From IMG/VR virus record IMGVR_UViG_3300020044_003235, positions 1-30,401 of that record: a DNA stretch of 30,401 nucleotides. One strand, 5' to 3'. Of the stretch, positions 1-6,780 are shown piece after piece. Below the pieces are notes generated by a model. That model was not told the origin of the DNA. It worked only from the letters and a program-made list of their open reading frames with translations, and made no database searches. The DNA comes from a virus (lineage: Duplodnaviria; Caudoviricetes). Made by a program: the position numbers and the translations under genes. Position 1 is the first letter of the stretch; every line of letters starts with the position of its first letter.

Positions 1-90
1 ATTGTCAGAGTAGGTAGGTGAGGGACGATGTAGGACCCTAACGTACACCCTAAAGCTACCACTAACGCCACACTTCAGCGCCCAGCAAAG

Positions 91-159
91 CACACCAATA
101 TGGTGCATAGTATCCACTAACATCCCTTTATCGGTGCATAAAAGCACCAGATCAGTGCA
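91..159. promoter_or_regulatory. Three NtrC-type (sigma-54 enhancer-binding protein) sites
   Basis: 17-mers CACACCAATATGGTGCA (91-107; 15/17 match to TGCACCAWWWTGGTGCA), ATCCCTTTATCGGTGCA (122-138; good right half-site) and AGCACCAGATCAGTGCA (143-159; intact GCAC-N7-GTGC). Centres are 31 and 21 bp apart, upstream of a sigma-54 consensus. Confidence 0.65.
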
Positions 160-162
160 CCC

Positions 163-243
163 TGTGGATAACTCTGAGAATTGTTAATAACTTATTTGCC
201 TGTGGATAAGTATTTATTTGTGTCTGTAACTGCCTGTGGATAA
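163..243. promoter_or_regulatory. Cluster of DnaA boxes
   Basis: TGTGGATAA (reverse complement of the canonical box TTATCCACA) at 163-171, 201-209 and 235-243, each in CCTGTGGATAA context. Degenerate copy TGTTAATAA at 182-190. Confidence 0.75.
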
Positions 244-269
244 CCTGTGATGCTTAAAATCTGAGGTAG

Positions 270-286
270 TTGGCACGGTGTTTGCT
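270..286 (+). promoter_or_regulatory. Sigma-54 (-24/-12) promoter
   Basis: TTGGCACGGTGTTTGCT matches YTGGCACGRNNNTTGCW exactly: GG at 272-273 and GC at 284-285, 10 nt apart. It lies about 50 nt before the first ORF. Confidence 0.75.
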
Positions 287-336
287 ACATATAAAACATA
301 GCAGGCACGGTGCAGGCTACTTTAAAGGACTCAATC

Positions 337-489
337 ATGTACATTGCAACACTCAATCAAGATCAACACGTTACCGGCGTATACGAAGTCGCCAATGACT
401 ATGCAGTCAAGTTTAATGAGGCTGTCATCACCGAGGCACAATATGCACAATTTCAATTGATCGAGGCAGTCAAGCACTCGATGGCCTGA
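337..489 (+). CDS. Small early protein, 50 aa (MYIATLNQDQHVTGVYEV...)
   Basis: Translated by hand (absent from the ORF track); AAGGA Shine-Dalgarno-like sequence upstream; first gene after the promoter. Confidence 0.65.
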   Translation: MYIATLNQDQHVTGVYEVANDYAVKFNEAVITEAQYAQFQLIEAVKHSMA

Positions 490-533
490 CAGTCCAACCT
501 AAAGCCCGTCACAGGGCTTTGGAGTGCACTGTC
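488..533 (+). other. Long imperfect hairpin, possible RNase III processing site
   Basis: Outer stem GACAGT/ACTGTC and inner stem AAAGCCC-gtcaca-GGGCTTT; intergenic. Confidence 0.45.
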
Positions 534-558
534 GCACTGACCCACTGAGGAACACATC

Positions 559-762
559 ATGCAAACACTCACTCACTACGAAGCTATCCGCACACACATA
601 GAGGCCTCTAGCCCATGTTCAATGGCAGGGGTTATGCGTTGGGCTACCGCTCAGGGCTTCGGCGGCTTCGGGGTTGCGCAGGCTATCCAAGAACTCAAAA
701 CTGAGCGTGTTATCGATACGTACTTCGATGACGACAACAGCGTTATCGTTGAGCTTGTTTAA
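559..762 (+). CDS. Hypothetical early protein
   Basis: ORF with GAGGA SD; co-directional with neighbours. Confidence 0.7.
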   Translation: MQTLTHYEAIRTHIEASSPCSMAGVMRWATAQGFGGFGVAQAIQELKTERVIDTYFDDDNSVIVELV

Positions 763-782
763 CTAACCACTGAAAGCAAACC

Positions 783-998
783 ATGAAACACATTACACGC
801 TTCACAGACAGGACAATCCGTACAGATACATCATGGGTGAAGATCACCCGCGATAACAAGGAGCGTAAGTTTACGTTCGCTAAAGGTGATAAGGGGAACA
901 CCTCAGCACACCACATTGATAGTTTGTCGTTTAAGTGGTGCGCTAACTGGGCGGAAGCGACTGAGCGCGCTAACCGCCTCATGTCTTACTCTATCTAA
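783..998 (+). CDS. Hypothetical basic early protein
   Basis: ATG-start ORF filling the gap in the early operon. Confidence 0.65.
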   Translation: MKHITRFTDRTIRTDTSWVKITRDNKERKFTFAKGDKGNTSAHHIDSLSFKWCANWAEATERANRLMSYSI

Positions 999-1012
999 TA
1001 GGAGAATCAACC

Positions 1013-1153
1013 ATGCACAATCACCAATACACATACAAACCATCATCCAAGCCCAGTGCGGAGCACGTCTCAAAAGCTCAGGAAATCATAATCACAATAG
1101 CTTGTCTCGCAGTCTTCGCCCTTTGGGGTGTACTGCTGGCCTTGGGCGTGTAA
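1013..1153 (+). CDS. Small membrane protein, 46 aa (C-terminal TM IIITIACLAVFALWGVLLALGV)
   Basis: Translated by hand; strong AGGAGA SD at 1000-1005. Confidence 0.7.
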   Translation: MHNHQYTYKPSSKPSAEHVSKAQEIIITIACLAVFALWGVLLALGV

Positions 1154-1172
1154 ACACTGGGAGTCTAAGATC

Positions 1173-1430
1173 ATGAACTTCACACCTGCCACCGAGTATA
1201 CCAAACACTGCTTTAACAAACACGGGATAAAGCCTTACGAAGCCATCACTGAGTGCACCGTTAAAGAGCCTGATTTTGTGTCATACGATCTAACAGTCTT
1301 AGATTTCAATGGACATTATCAAGCGGCCCACGGCTCAGTTATCAACCCGTTAAAGTTCGAGACAATTGAACAAGCGGAACAATGGCTCGCTGTCTGGTAC
1401 AATGAGAACAAACAAAAATCGGCCTACTGA
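1173..1430 (+). CDS. Hypothetical early protein (MNFTPATEY...)
   Basis: Track ORF 1128..1430; start moved to ATG 1173, which follows a GGGAG SD. Confidence 0.7.
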   Translation: MNFTPATEYTKHCFNKHGIKPYEAITECTVKEPDFVSYDLTVLDFNGHYQAAHGSVINPLKFETIEQAEQWLAVWYNENKQKSAY

Positions 1431-1436
1431 ATGACC

Positions 1437-1485
1437 CTGTACCGTGAAGGGTTTTACACTCAGTGTAGAATCCTTTGCAGTGTAG
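1437..1485 (+). other. Long RNA hairpin, possible RNase III site
   Basis: CUGUAC-C-GUGAAGGGUUUUACAC-uca-GUGUAGAAUCCUUUGC-A-GUGUAG: about 22 bp with several G-U pairs that pair only on the + strand. Confidence 0.55.
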
Positions 1486-1544
1486 CGTCGAATCAGTACA
1501 CACACTCAGTGCCTGACTGTATCAGGTATCAATTGGAACTTATC

Positions 1545-1874
1545 ATGAAACAATCTGTCAATTTCTCTACCTTTGTAGATGCCTTCCGTGCCTATGACCG
1601 CTATGACCAATTCGGCTATCAAGCCTTGATGGTAATCTTTGAGTATCTGGAAGAACTGGAAGAGTCAACAGGTCAAGAACTGGAACTCGATGTAGTGGCT
1701 ATCTGTTGCGACTATGCCGCCCAGAACTTCGCAGATATTGCTGAAGCCTACGGGATCGAGTTAAACCCTACTGACTCAGAAGAAGACCAAAAACAACAGG
1801 TCAAGGATTTCTTGGAAGTTGAAACCATTGTATTGGGTGAGACTGACTGCGAAATTGTCTATCAACAGTTCTGA
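1545..1874 (+). CDS. Highly acidic 109-aa early protein (DNA-mimic candidate)
   Basis: Start at MKQSVNF; the upstream in-frame extension is occupied by hairpins. Hand count: 25 D/E vs 5 K/R. Confidence 0.75.
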   Translation: MKQSVNFSTFVDAFRAYDRYDQFGYQALMVIFEYLEELEESTGQELELDVVAICCDYAAQNFADIAEAYGIELNPTDSEEDQKQQVKDFLEVETIVLGETDCEIVYQQF

Positions 1875-1884
1875 GGGTCTAACC

Positions 1885-2088
1885 ATGTCACGCTACGAAG
1901 TACAATTTAGATCATCCGGCATTGTGGCCTTCAGTGCCTCAGAACGTGCTATCTGCCAGCATTGGTACGATTGCAACAACTACGGGCCTGAGATGGCCTA
2001 TTGTGACCCTGACACGGGTGAGATTATCCCTGACCGATGGGTTAAGGGTGAATGCCTTGAATTGTTTACTATCAAGAGGGTTAAATGA
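1885..2088 (+). CDS. Hypothetical protein (MSRYEVQF...)
   Basis: ATG at 1885 after GAGGG; ATGA overlap with the next gene. Confidence 0.7.
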   Translation: MSRYEVQFRSSGIVAFSASERAICQHWYDCNNYGPEMAYCDPDTGEIIPDRWVKGECLELFTIKRVK

Positions 2089-2273
2089 TGAATACTTATG
2101 AATTAGAGATTCAAAAAACAGTTTATTTGTACCATCGCGAAAGGGTGCAAGCAAAGTCAAGGGCGCAGGCTTTGAGGATGCTAAAAGAAAGGCTTGATTC
2201 TGAAGAATTAGAATTTCTTGAAGATGATGAACAAATAACAAATAGTCAAGTTTATAAGATTGTGAGTTTTTAA
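2085..2273 (+). CDS. Hypothetical protein
   Basis: ATGA-coupled ORF; GAGGG SD. Confidence 0.65.
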   Translation: MMNTYELEIQKTVYLYHRERVQAKSRAQALRMLKERLDSEELEFLEDDEQITNSQVYKIVSF

Positions 2274-2274
2274 G

Positions 2275-2367
2275 ATGTGGCCCTTCCCTGACTTCCCTAA
2301 TCCATTGGACACTGGACATAAACGTCCCAAATTCAACCCTTCAAACCATGAGGATGCACCATTGTGA
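2275..2367 (+). CDS. 30-aa Pro-rich peptide (MWPFPDFPNPLDTGHKRPKFNPSNHEDAPL)
   Basis: Translated by hand; starts 1 nt after the previous stop and overlaps the next gene by GTGA. Confidence 0.55.
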   Translation: MWPFPDFPNPLDTGHKRPKFNPSNHEDAPL

Positions 2368-2588
2368 CTAAGATTAAACAATTCATTTACAAACTGAGGG
2401 GCTGTGAATGGCACGGCCTCTGTGAGATACAATCCATCGAGTCATTGCCCTTGATCGTTCGATGCACTGACCTTTATCTAGGTGGCTACCAAGATGATAA
2501 CCCTCCTGACATGATGGACATTGTAGATTATCAGATCATCCTTGACATTGAGGATATGGCTAGACTGGAGTATGAGAATGGGAAATAA
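2364..2588 (+). CDS. Hypothetical protein
   Basis: GTG start after GAGGA; coupled to neighbours. Confidence 0.65.
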   Translation: MTKIKQFIYKLRGCEWHGLCEIQSIESLPLIVRCTDLYLGGYQDDNPPDMMDIVDYQIILDIEDMARLEYENGK

Positions 2589-2661
2589 ACATTGGCTGGC
2601 GTTGTTCGTGGTGCTTTGTGCATACTTGATCGGGGGATACTATGATTCAATGGCTTATTGA
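2578..2661 (+). CDS. 27-aa membrane peptide (MGNKHWLALFVVLCAYLIGGYYDSMAY)
   Basis: Translated by hand; GGAG SD 7 nt upstream; one hydrophobic segment. Confidence 0.55.
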   Translation: MGNKHWLALFVVLCAYLIGGYYDSMAY

Positions 2662-2761
2662 GTTGTTGTTGCCATCACGAAAGGCTTAGGAAAGCCTCTA
2701 AACGGGCCTACAAGGGCCTCAAATCAATCAACTAAGGGCTACATAGCCAAAGGAGTTAATA

Positions 2762-2998
2762 ATGCGCTGTATTTGCTGTGATAAAAACTTGAGGGAGCAT
2801 GAATCTGTACGCCGTCATGCCATCACCAATGAATTTCTGGACTTGTGCGATGGATGTCTACGTGAGATCCCGGGACTGCCTACAAAGCTACCCACTGGAG
2901 TCGTGATTGAGTCTGACCCGTTTGAGGACATCGAAGACAACAGGGTAGACATTGACGATGTTACAGATTGTTACACTTTAGATCTTGACAAGGATTGA
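2762..2998 (+). CDS. Small Zn-finger-like protein
   Basis: CICC...CDGC cysteine pairs; AAGGAG SD; acidic C-terminus. Confidence 0.75.
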   Translation: MRCICCDKNLREHESVRRHAITNEFLDLCDGCLREIPGLPTKLPTGVVIESDPFEDIEDNRVDIDDVTDCYTLDLDKD

Positions 2999-3012
2999 GA
3001 AGCACGTATAAT
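2985..3012 (+). promoter_or_regulatory. Sigma-70 promoter
   Basis: TTGACA (2985-2990), 16-nt spacer, TATAAT (3007-3012). Confidence 0.75.
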
Positions 3013-3200
3013 AATACTATATAGACACTAGGACATTGCTTCTATGCTTAGAAGTTAAATACTATAAGTATATACTTAGATAAGTACTTATAACATTAAC
3101 GTAAAAGCATTGATGTAACGTCTTAGTGACTTTAAAGTAACATTAAAGACTCTATGTAACATAGACAATGTTAGATATGTCGGTAAATGTTACTAACTTT
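3013..3200. repeat. AT-rich non-coding region dense in palindromes (origin candidate)
   Basis: CTATATAG, CTTCTA-N4-TAGAAG, TAAGTATATACTTA, ATAAGTACTTAT, ACTTTAAAGT, TCTATGT-A-ACATAGA, plus TAACAT(T)/AATGTTA repeats. Confidence 0.55.
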
Positions 3201-3217
3201 CAACAACTGGATTCAAT

Positions 3218-3394
3218 ATGAACGATCTATCTATCGATATGTACGAATGTGAACAGGATGATGTCTTACACTTTGAGTGCTGGTATCACTCTGTCATTGA
3301 TGATATGGCTGGTCTTATACGTGCCAATGGCTACGATAAGGTCATGTATGATGTAATGTGCGCAGTGCAGCGAATGTCCGGAGATGAGAAATGA
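3218..3394 (+). CDS. Hypothetical 58-aa acidic protein (MNDLSIDMYEC...)
   Basis: Translated by hand; ATGA overlap with the ORF at 3391. Confidence 0.6.
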   Translation: MNDLSIDMYECEQDDVLHFECWYHSVIDDMAGLIRANGYDKVMYDVMCAVQRMSGDEK

Positions 3395-3630
3395 ACGAAC
3401 GAATTGTAAAACTCAGCATAGAGGCTCAGGACTATGCTTGTACTGTTGCTGAAAAGTATATTCCTGAATGTGGTGAAGTAAGCTATCTTTGGGAACACGC
3501 CTTCCGTGAAAAGTTCGCCGAGTTGATTGTCCTAGAATGTGCTAACATTGTTAATTCTAGGATCGACCCTTCTAAAGATGATTTGATCGGAAACAGCATC
3601 TTAAAACATTTCGGGATTGAACAAGAATGA
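3391..3630 (+). CDS. Hypothetical phage protein (MNERI...EKFAELIV..ECA...HFG)
   Basis: Coupled ORF; motif pattern familiar from small phage proteins. Confidence 0.75.
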   Translation: MNERIVKLSIEAQDYACTVAEKYIPECGEVSYLWEHAFREKFAELIVLECANIVNSRIDPSKDDLIGNSILKHFGIEQE

Positions 3631-3683
3631 TTGTCTCACTGTTTGTGGGTGTCTTAACACTGTTAAAGGTTGTATTGAAATGA
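3627..3683 (+). CDS. 18-aa hydrophobic micropeptide (MIVSLFVGVLTLLKVVLK)
   Basis: ATGA overlaps at both ends exactly bridge the flanking genes. Confidence 0.55.
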   Translation: MIVSLFVGVLTLLKVVLK

Positions 3684-4000
3684 ACATTGAAGAACTTAAA
3701 CTCGTTTTAGAAACTGTGGCTACTGTGACAGATGATGCCAAGAGCGTTGCTATCTGGTATTTTGTCTTTAACTATGGCGCTAGTTTTGTGCTTACTCTTG
3801 TTGGAATGGTTGGCTTCGGGTGGCTTGTATGGGTCATTACACGAGCTATCTTATCCACTAATGAATGGGCACAGACAGGAATGAAAATAGCTAGGGAGTG
3901 GGGAGCAGGTAGCCCAAGACATCACTACAGTCCTAATGAATACGATAACCTTCCAGCTATTGACAAATGCCTTGCAGCAGCTAAGGAGCACAAGAAATGA
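3680..4000 (+). CDS. Membrane protein (MNIEELK...)
   Basis: Track ORF 3617..4000 with start moved to ATG 3680; central hydrophobic segment. Confidence 0.7.
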   Translation: MNIEELKLVLETVATVTDDAKSVAIWYFVFNYGASFVLTLVGMVGFGWLVWVITRAILSTNEWAQTGMKIAREWGAGSPRHHYSPNEYDNLPAIDKCLAAAKEHKK

Positions 4001-4230
4001 ATAAATTCTTCCTTGATCTTAACTTAGGCGAGAACGCTAAAGTCTCGGTAGAGTTCTCTTTACTGAGTGATGATGGTGACTCTTACGTGGACTTTGAAGA
4101 TCTCAAAGTATGGTACAAAGGTGTTGACATCATCGACACCCTTGATGTGAATGATCTGGCTTACCTTGATAAGCAGATTATGCAGTCATGGGACTTGATT
4201 GAGGATCAGATTTATCATGATGACTATTGA
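3997..4230 (+). CDS. Hypothetical acidic protein
   Basis: AAGGAG SD; ATGA overlap; Asp-rich. Confidence 0.75.
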   Translation: MNKFFLDLNLGENAKVSVEFSLLSDDGDSYVDFEDLKVWYKGVDIIDTLDVNDLAYLDKQIMQSWDLIEDQIYHDDY

Positions 4231-4243
4231 CAAGGAGCAACAC

Positions 4244-4519
4244 ATGACCAAAGATGAAGCACTTGCACGAGCTGAACACGCGCTTGATGGCGTATTGCAA
4301 GCCCCTGAACGTATTTCAATGATGTATATCTTAGAAACAGTCAGGTTTATACGACAAGCCCGTGAAGCAAAGACAGACACGGTCAACCTCGACACAGCAA
4401 CAGGTTTCACTTTCAGCGACGAGCGCGGCACCTTCATCGGGGATGTGCAGATGCTCAAGTGGCTGGTCGAACACCACTCTGAAGATTACTGGAAAGCCAA
4501 AGCAGGAGAAACAAAATGA
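4244..4519 (+). CDS. Hypothetical protein (MTKDEAL...)
   Basis: AAGGAG SD before ATG 4244. Confidence 0.7.
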   Translation: MTKDEALARAEHALDGVLQAPERISMMYILETVRFIRQAREAKTDTVNLDTATGFTFSDERGTFIGDVQMLKWLVEHHSEDYWKAKAGETK

Positions 4520-4992
4520 TCTGTGACGAATGCGAAACAGTCTCGTACTGCCTGAAGAATGGGTGTGTGCCTAAGACGAACAAGAAGGATGAGGCTTTGA
4601 AGCTGGCGCTGGATGCGTTGGACGCAGTTGTGTGGCACGGAGGTGGTTCTTGCTGGGTTGTCAATGCCGACAAAATTGACAACGCCATCACCGCCATCAA
4701 ACAAACCCTTAACGATGCTACGCATCTGGCAGCACCTGTGCAGCAGTCACGCAGTGACGTAGAGCCTGTGGCGTGGGTTGTAGAGGATGAGCACGGTGAG
4801 CGGCTTGAATGGGCTGGTGACGCACATTCTTGCCATGGACTCCCTACATTACCCCTCTACACCGCAGCACAGCGGCAATGGGTTGGGTTGAGTAAATTTG
4901 AAATGACAAGAATCTGCAAAGAGTTGTATGACGTTCCAATATCTCTTGCATTTGCCATCGAAGCCAAATTAAAGGAGAAGAACAGTGACTAG
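4516..4992 (+). CDS. Hypothetical mosaic phage protein
   Basis: AGGAG SD; modules CDEC...C, DEALKLAL, EPVAW, PLYTA..QWVGL, AIEAKLKEKN. Confidence 0.75.
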   Translation: MICDECETVSYCLKNGCVPKTNKKDEALKLALDALDAVVWHGGGSCWVVNADKIDNAITAIKQTLNDATHLAAPVQQSRSDVEPVAWVVEDEHGERLEWAGDAHSCHGLPTLPLYTAAQRQWVGLSKFEMTRICKELYDVPISLAFAIEAKLKEKNSD

Positions 4993-6616
4993 CAAGTTTC
5001 TACGTCATATCGCCTGTGAGCACTGTGGCAGCTCTGACGCGAACTCGCTCTATGACGATGGGCATACACACTGCTTTAATTGCGGTACGACAGAGCACGA
5101 AGGTGCTTACGATGAACGAACGGTAATGAGGGATGCAGTATCCCCAAAGAAAGTAACTCAAATGACCATTCAAGGTACATTTAAATCAATCCCTGATCGA
5201 GGAATCAGTCAGGCAACCTGTGAGAAGTTTGGAGTAACAACCGATGGAGACAAACAGTATTATCCTTACACTGACGGAGACGGAGTTAGAACGGCTGTTA
5301 AACAACGCACTGTTTCTACAAAGACATTCACCATCTCCGGAGACTTCAAGGGAGCAACACTATTCGGTCAGTCTCTCTTTCACTCTGGAGGAAAAGCTGT
5401 CACCATCACAGAGGGAGAACTTGACGCTCTCGCAGCTTTCCAGATGCAAGGGTCTCTCTACCCTACAGTGAGTATCCGTAACGGTGCTCAGGCTGCTCTG
5501 AAGGACTGTAAAGCCCAGTATGAGTGGTTGAACAGCTTTGACTCTGTGGTTATCTGCTTTGATGCCGATGAGCCGGGTAAGAAGGCGGCTAAAGAAGTTG
5601 CTGAGTTGTTCGGTAACAAAGCCAAGATCATGCAACACAAGAGTGGACATAAAGATGCTTGTGACTATCTGATTGCAGGAGCTACCAAGGATTTTGTTAA
5701 TGAGTGGTGGAGAGCCAGTCCTTATGTGCCTGATGGTATTGTTAACGCCGCTGATCTCTGGGAGGAGGTGTCTAAGCCTGAGCCTATACCTGAAGCGTTG
5801 TATCCTTGGGCAGGGTTGAACAAGCTATTATATGGCTTGCGTCCTGCTGAGTTGATTACGGTAACTGCGGGTAGCGGGTTGGGTAAGAGTCAATTCTTAC
5901 GTGAGATCTTGTACAATCTGCTGAAGACCACAAGCTGGAACATTGGTGGATTGTTCTTGGAAGAATCTACTAAGAAAACAGCTTTGTCTATTATGAGTCT
6001 GGAAGCTAATCGTCTGCTGCACATCCCGAAGGTTACATTCCATAAGGATCAAGCTGAGGTTGCTGAAGGCGTATCACAAAAGGAATTGAAAGAGGCTTTT
6101 GATGCTACACTGGGCACTAACCGTATCTATTTGTTTGACCATTTCGGCAGTAGTGATGTTGATAACATAGCTAATCGAATTCGGTATATGGCTAAAGCCT
6201 GTGATTGTCGGGTTATCTTCCTCGACCATATTAGTATCGTGGTTAGTGGTCAAGACTTGGGAGACGAACGCAAAGCTATTGACAACATGATGACAAAGCT
6301 GCGTACACTGGTTCAGGAGCTGAACATCACTCTGATCTGTGTGAGTCACCTTAAACGTCCTCAAGGCAACCAAGGACACGAGGATGGCGGTAGTGTGTCT
6401 CTGTCTCAGTTGCGAGGCTCTGGCGCTATTGCACAGTTGAGTGATGCAGTGATCACGTTGGAGCGTAACAGCATGGCCGAGAACGAGGATGAACGTCACT
6501 TGACCAAGATTGCAGTGGCTAAAAATCGATACAACGGGGAAACTGGCCCTGCTTGTAAGTTACAATACAATAGCTATACTGGACGTATGGTTGAAGTTGA
6601 GGAAGAGGTACTATGA
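4985..6616 (+). CDS. T7 gp4-like DNA primase-helicase
   Basis: Zn ribbon CEHC...HCFNC; TOPRIM motifs TEGELD and FDADEPG; SF4 helicase motifs AGSGLGKS, FLDH, SHLKR, LRGSGAIAQLSD and KNR. Confidence 0.97.
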   Translation: MTSKFLRHIACEHCGSSDANSLYDDGHTHCFNCGTTEHEGAYDERTVMRDAVSPKKVTQMTIQGTFKSIPDRGISQATCEKFGVTTDGDKQYYPYTDGDGVRTAVKQRTVSTKTFTISGDFKGATLFGQSLFHSGGKAVTITEGELDALAAFQMQGSLYPTVSIRNGAQAALKDCKAQYEWLNSFDSVVICFDADEPGKKAAKEVAELFGNKAKIMQHKSGHKDACDYLIAGATKDFVNEWWRASPYVPDGIVNAADLWEEVSKPEPIPEALYPWAGLNKLLYGLRPAELITVTAGSGLGKSQFLREILYNLLKTTSWNIGGLFLEESTKKTALSIMSLEANRLLHIPKVTFHKDQAEVAEGVSQKELKEAFDATLGTNRIYLFDHFGSSDVDNIANRIRYMAKACDCRVIFLDHISIVVSGQDLGDERKAIDNMMTKLRTLVQELNITLICVSHLKRPQGNQGHEDGGSVSLSQLRGSGAIAQLSDAVITLERNSMAENEDERHLTKIAVAKNRYNGETGPACKLQYNSYTGRMVEVEEEVL

Positions 6617-6780
6617 CAGCATGGCATGGCGGTAAAGGCTCATCTAGCCGCCCTAAACAAGTGAGCAATGAGGACTACGCAAACCGATGGGATGCTATCT
6701 TTGGAAGGGACAAGGTAAAGGAAGAACCTATTGGTAAAGCCTTGGAAGAGGAACCGTTGAAGGAAGATGAGAATGATTAA
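6613..6780 (+). CDS. Small phage protein, 55 aa (MTAWHGGKGSSSRPK...WDAIFG)
   Basis: Translated by hand; ATGA overlap; GAGG SD. Confidence 0.7.
   Translation: MTAWHGGKGSSSRPKQVSNEDYANRWDAIFGRDKVKEEPIGKALEEEPLKEDEND

Noticed and set aside
1-60. Possible genome terminus or terminal repeat (ACCCTAA twice; GGTAG/CTACC dyad)
   Set aside because: Cannot be tested without the other genome end or read data.
161-250. CRISPR-like or iteron reading of the CCTGTGGATAA repeats
   Set aside because: The repeats are only 11 bp, irregularly spaced, and no cas or rep gene is present. An exact DnaA-box match explains them better.
1431-1544. N-terminal extension of ORF 1431..1874 in the track
   Set aside because: No SD at 1431, and the stretch is occupied by RNA hairpins; ATG 1545 is preferred.
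2409-2425. Second TGGCACG (-24-like) element; another at about 4633
   Set aside because: No TTGC/GC at the -12 position, and both lie inside coding sequence.
2682-2750. Three short GGC-based hairpins in the intergenic gap
   Set aside because: Stems of only 5-6 bp with no U-tract; not enough to assign a function.
4227-4255. TTGACA as a possible sigma-70 -35 element
   Set aside because: No convincing -10 at 16-18 nt; the hexamer is formed by a stop codon plus the start of an SD.
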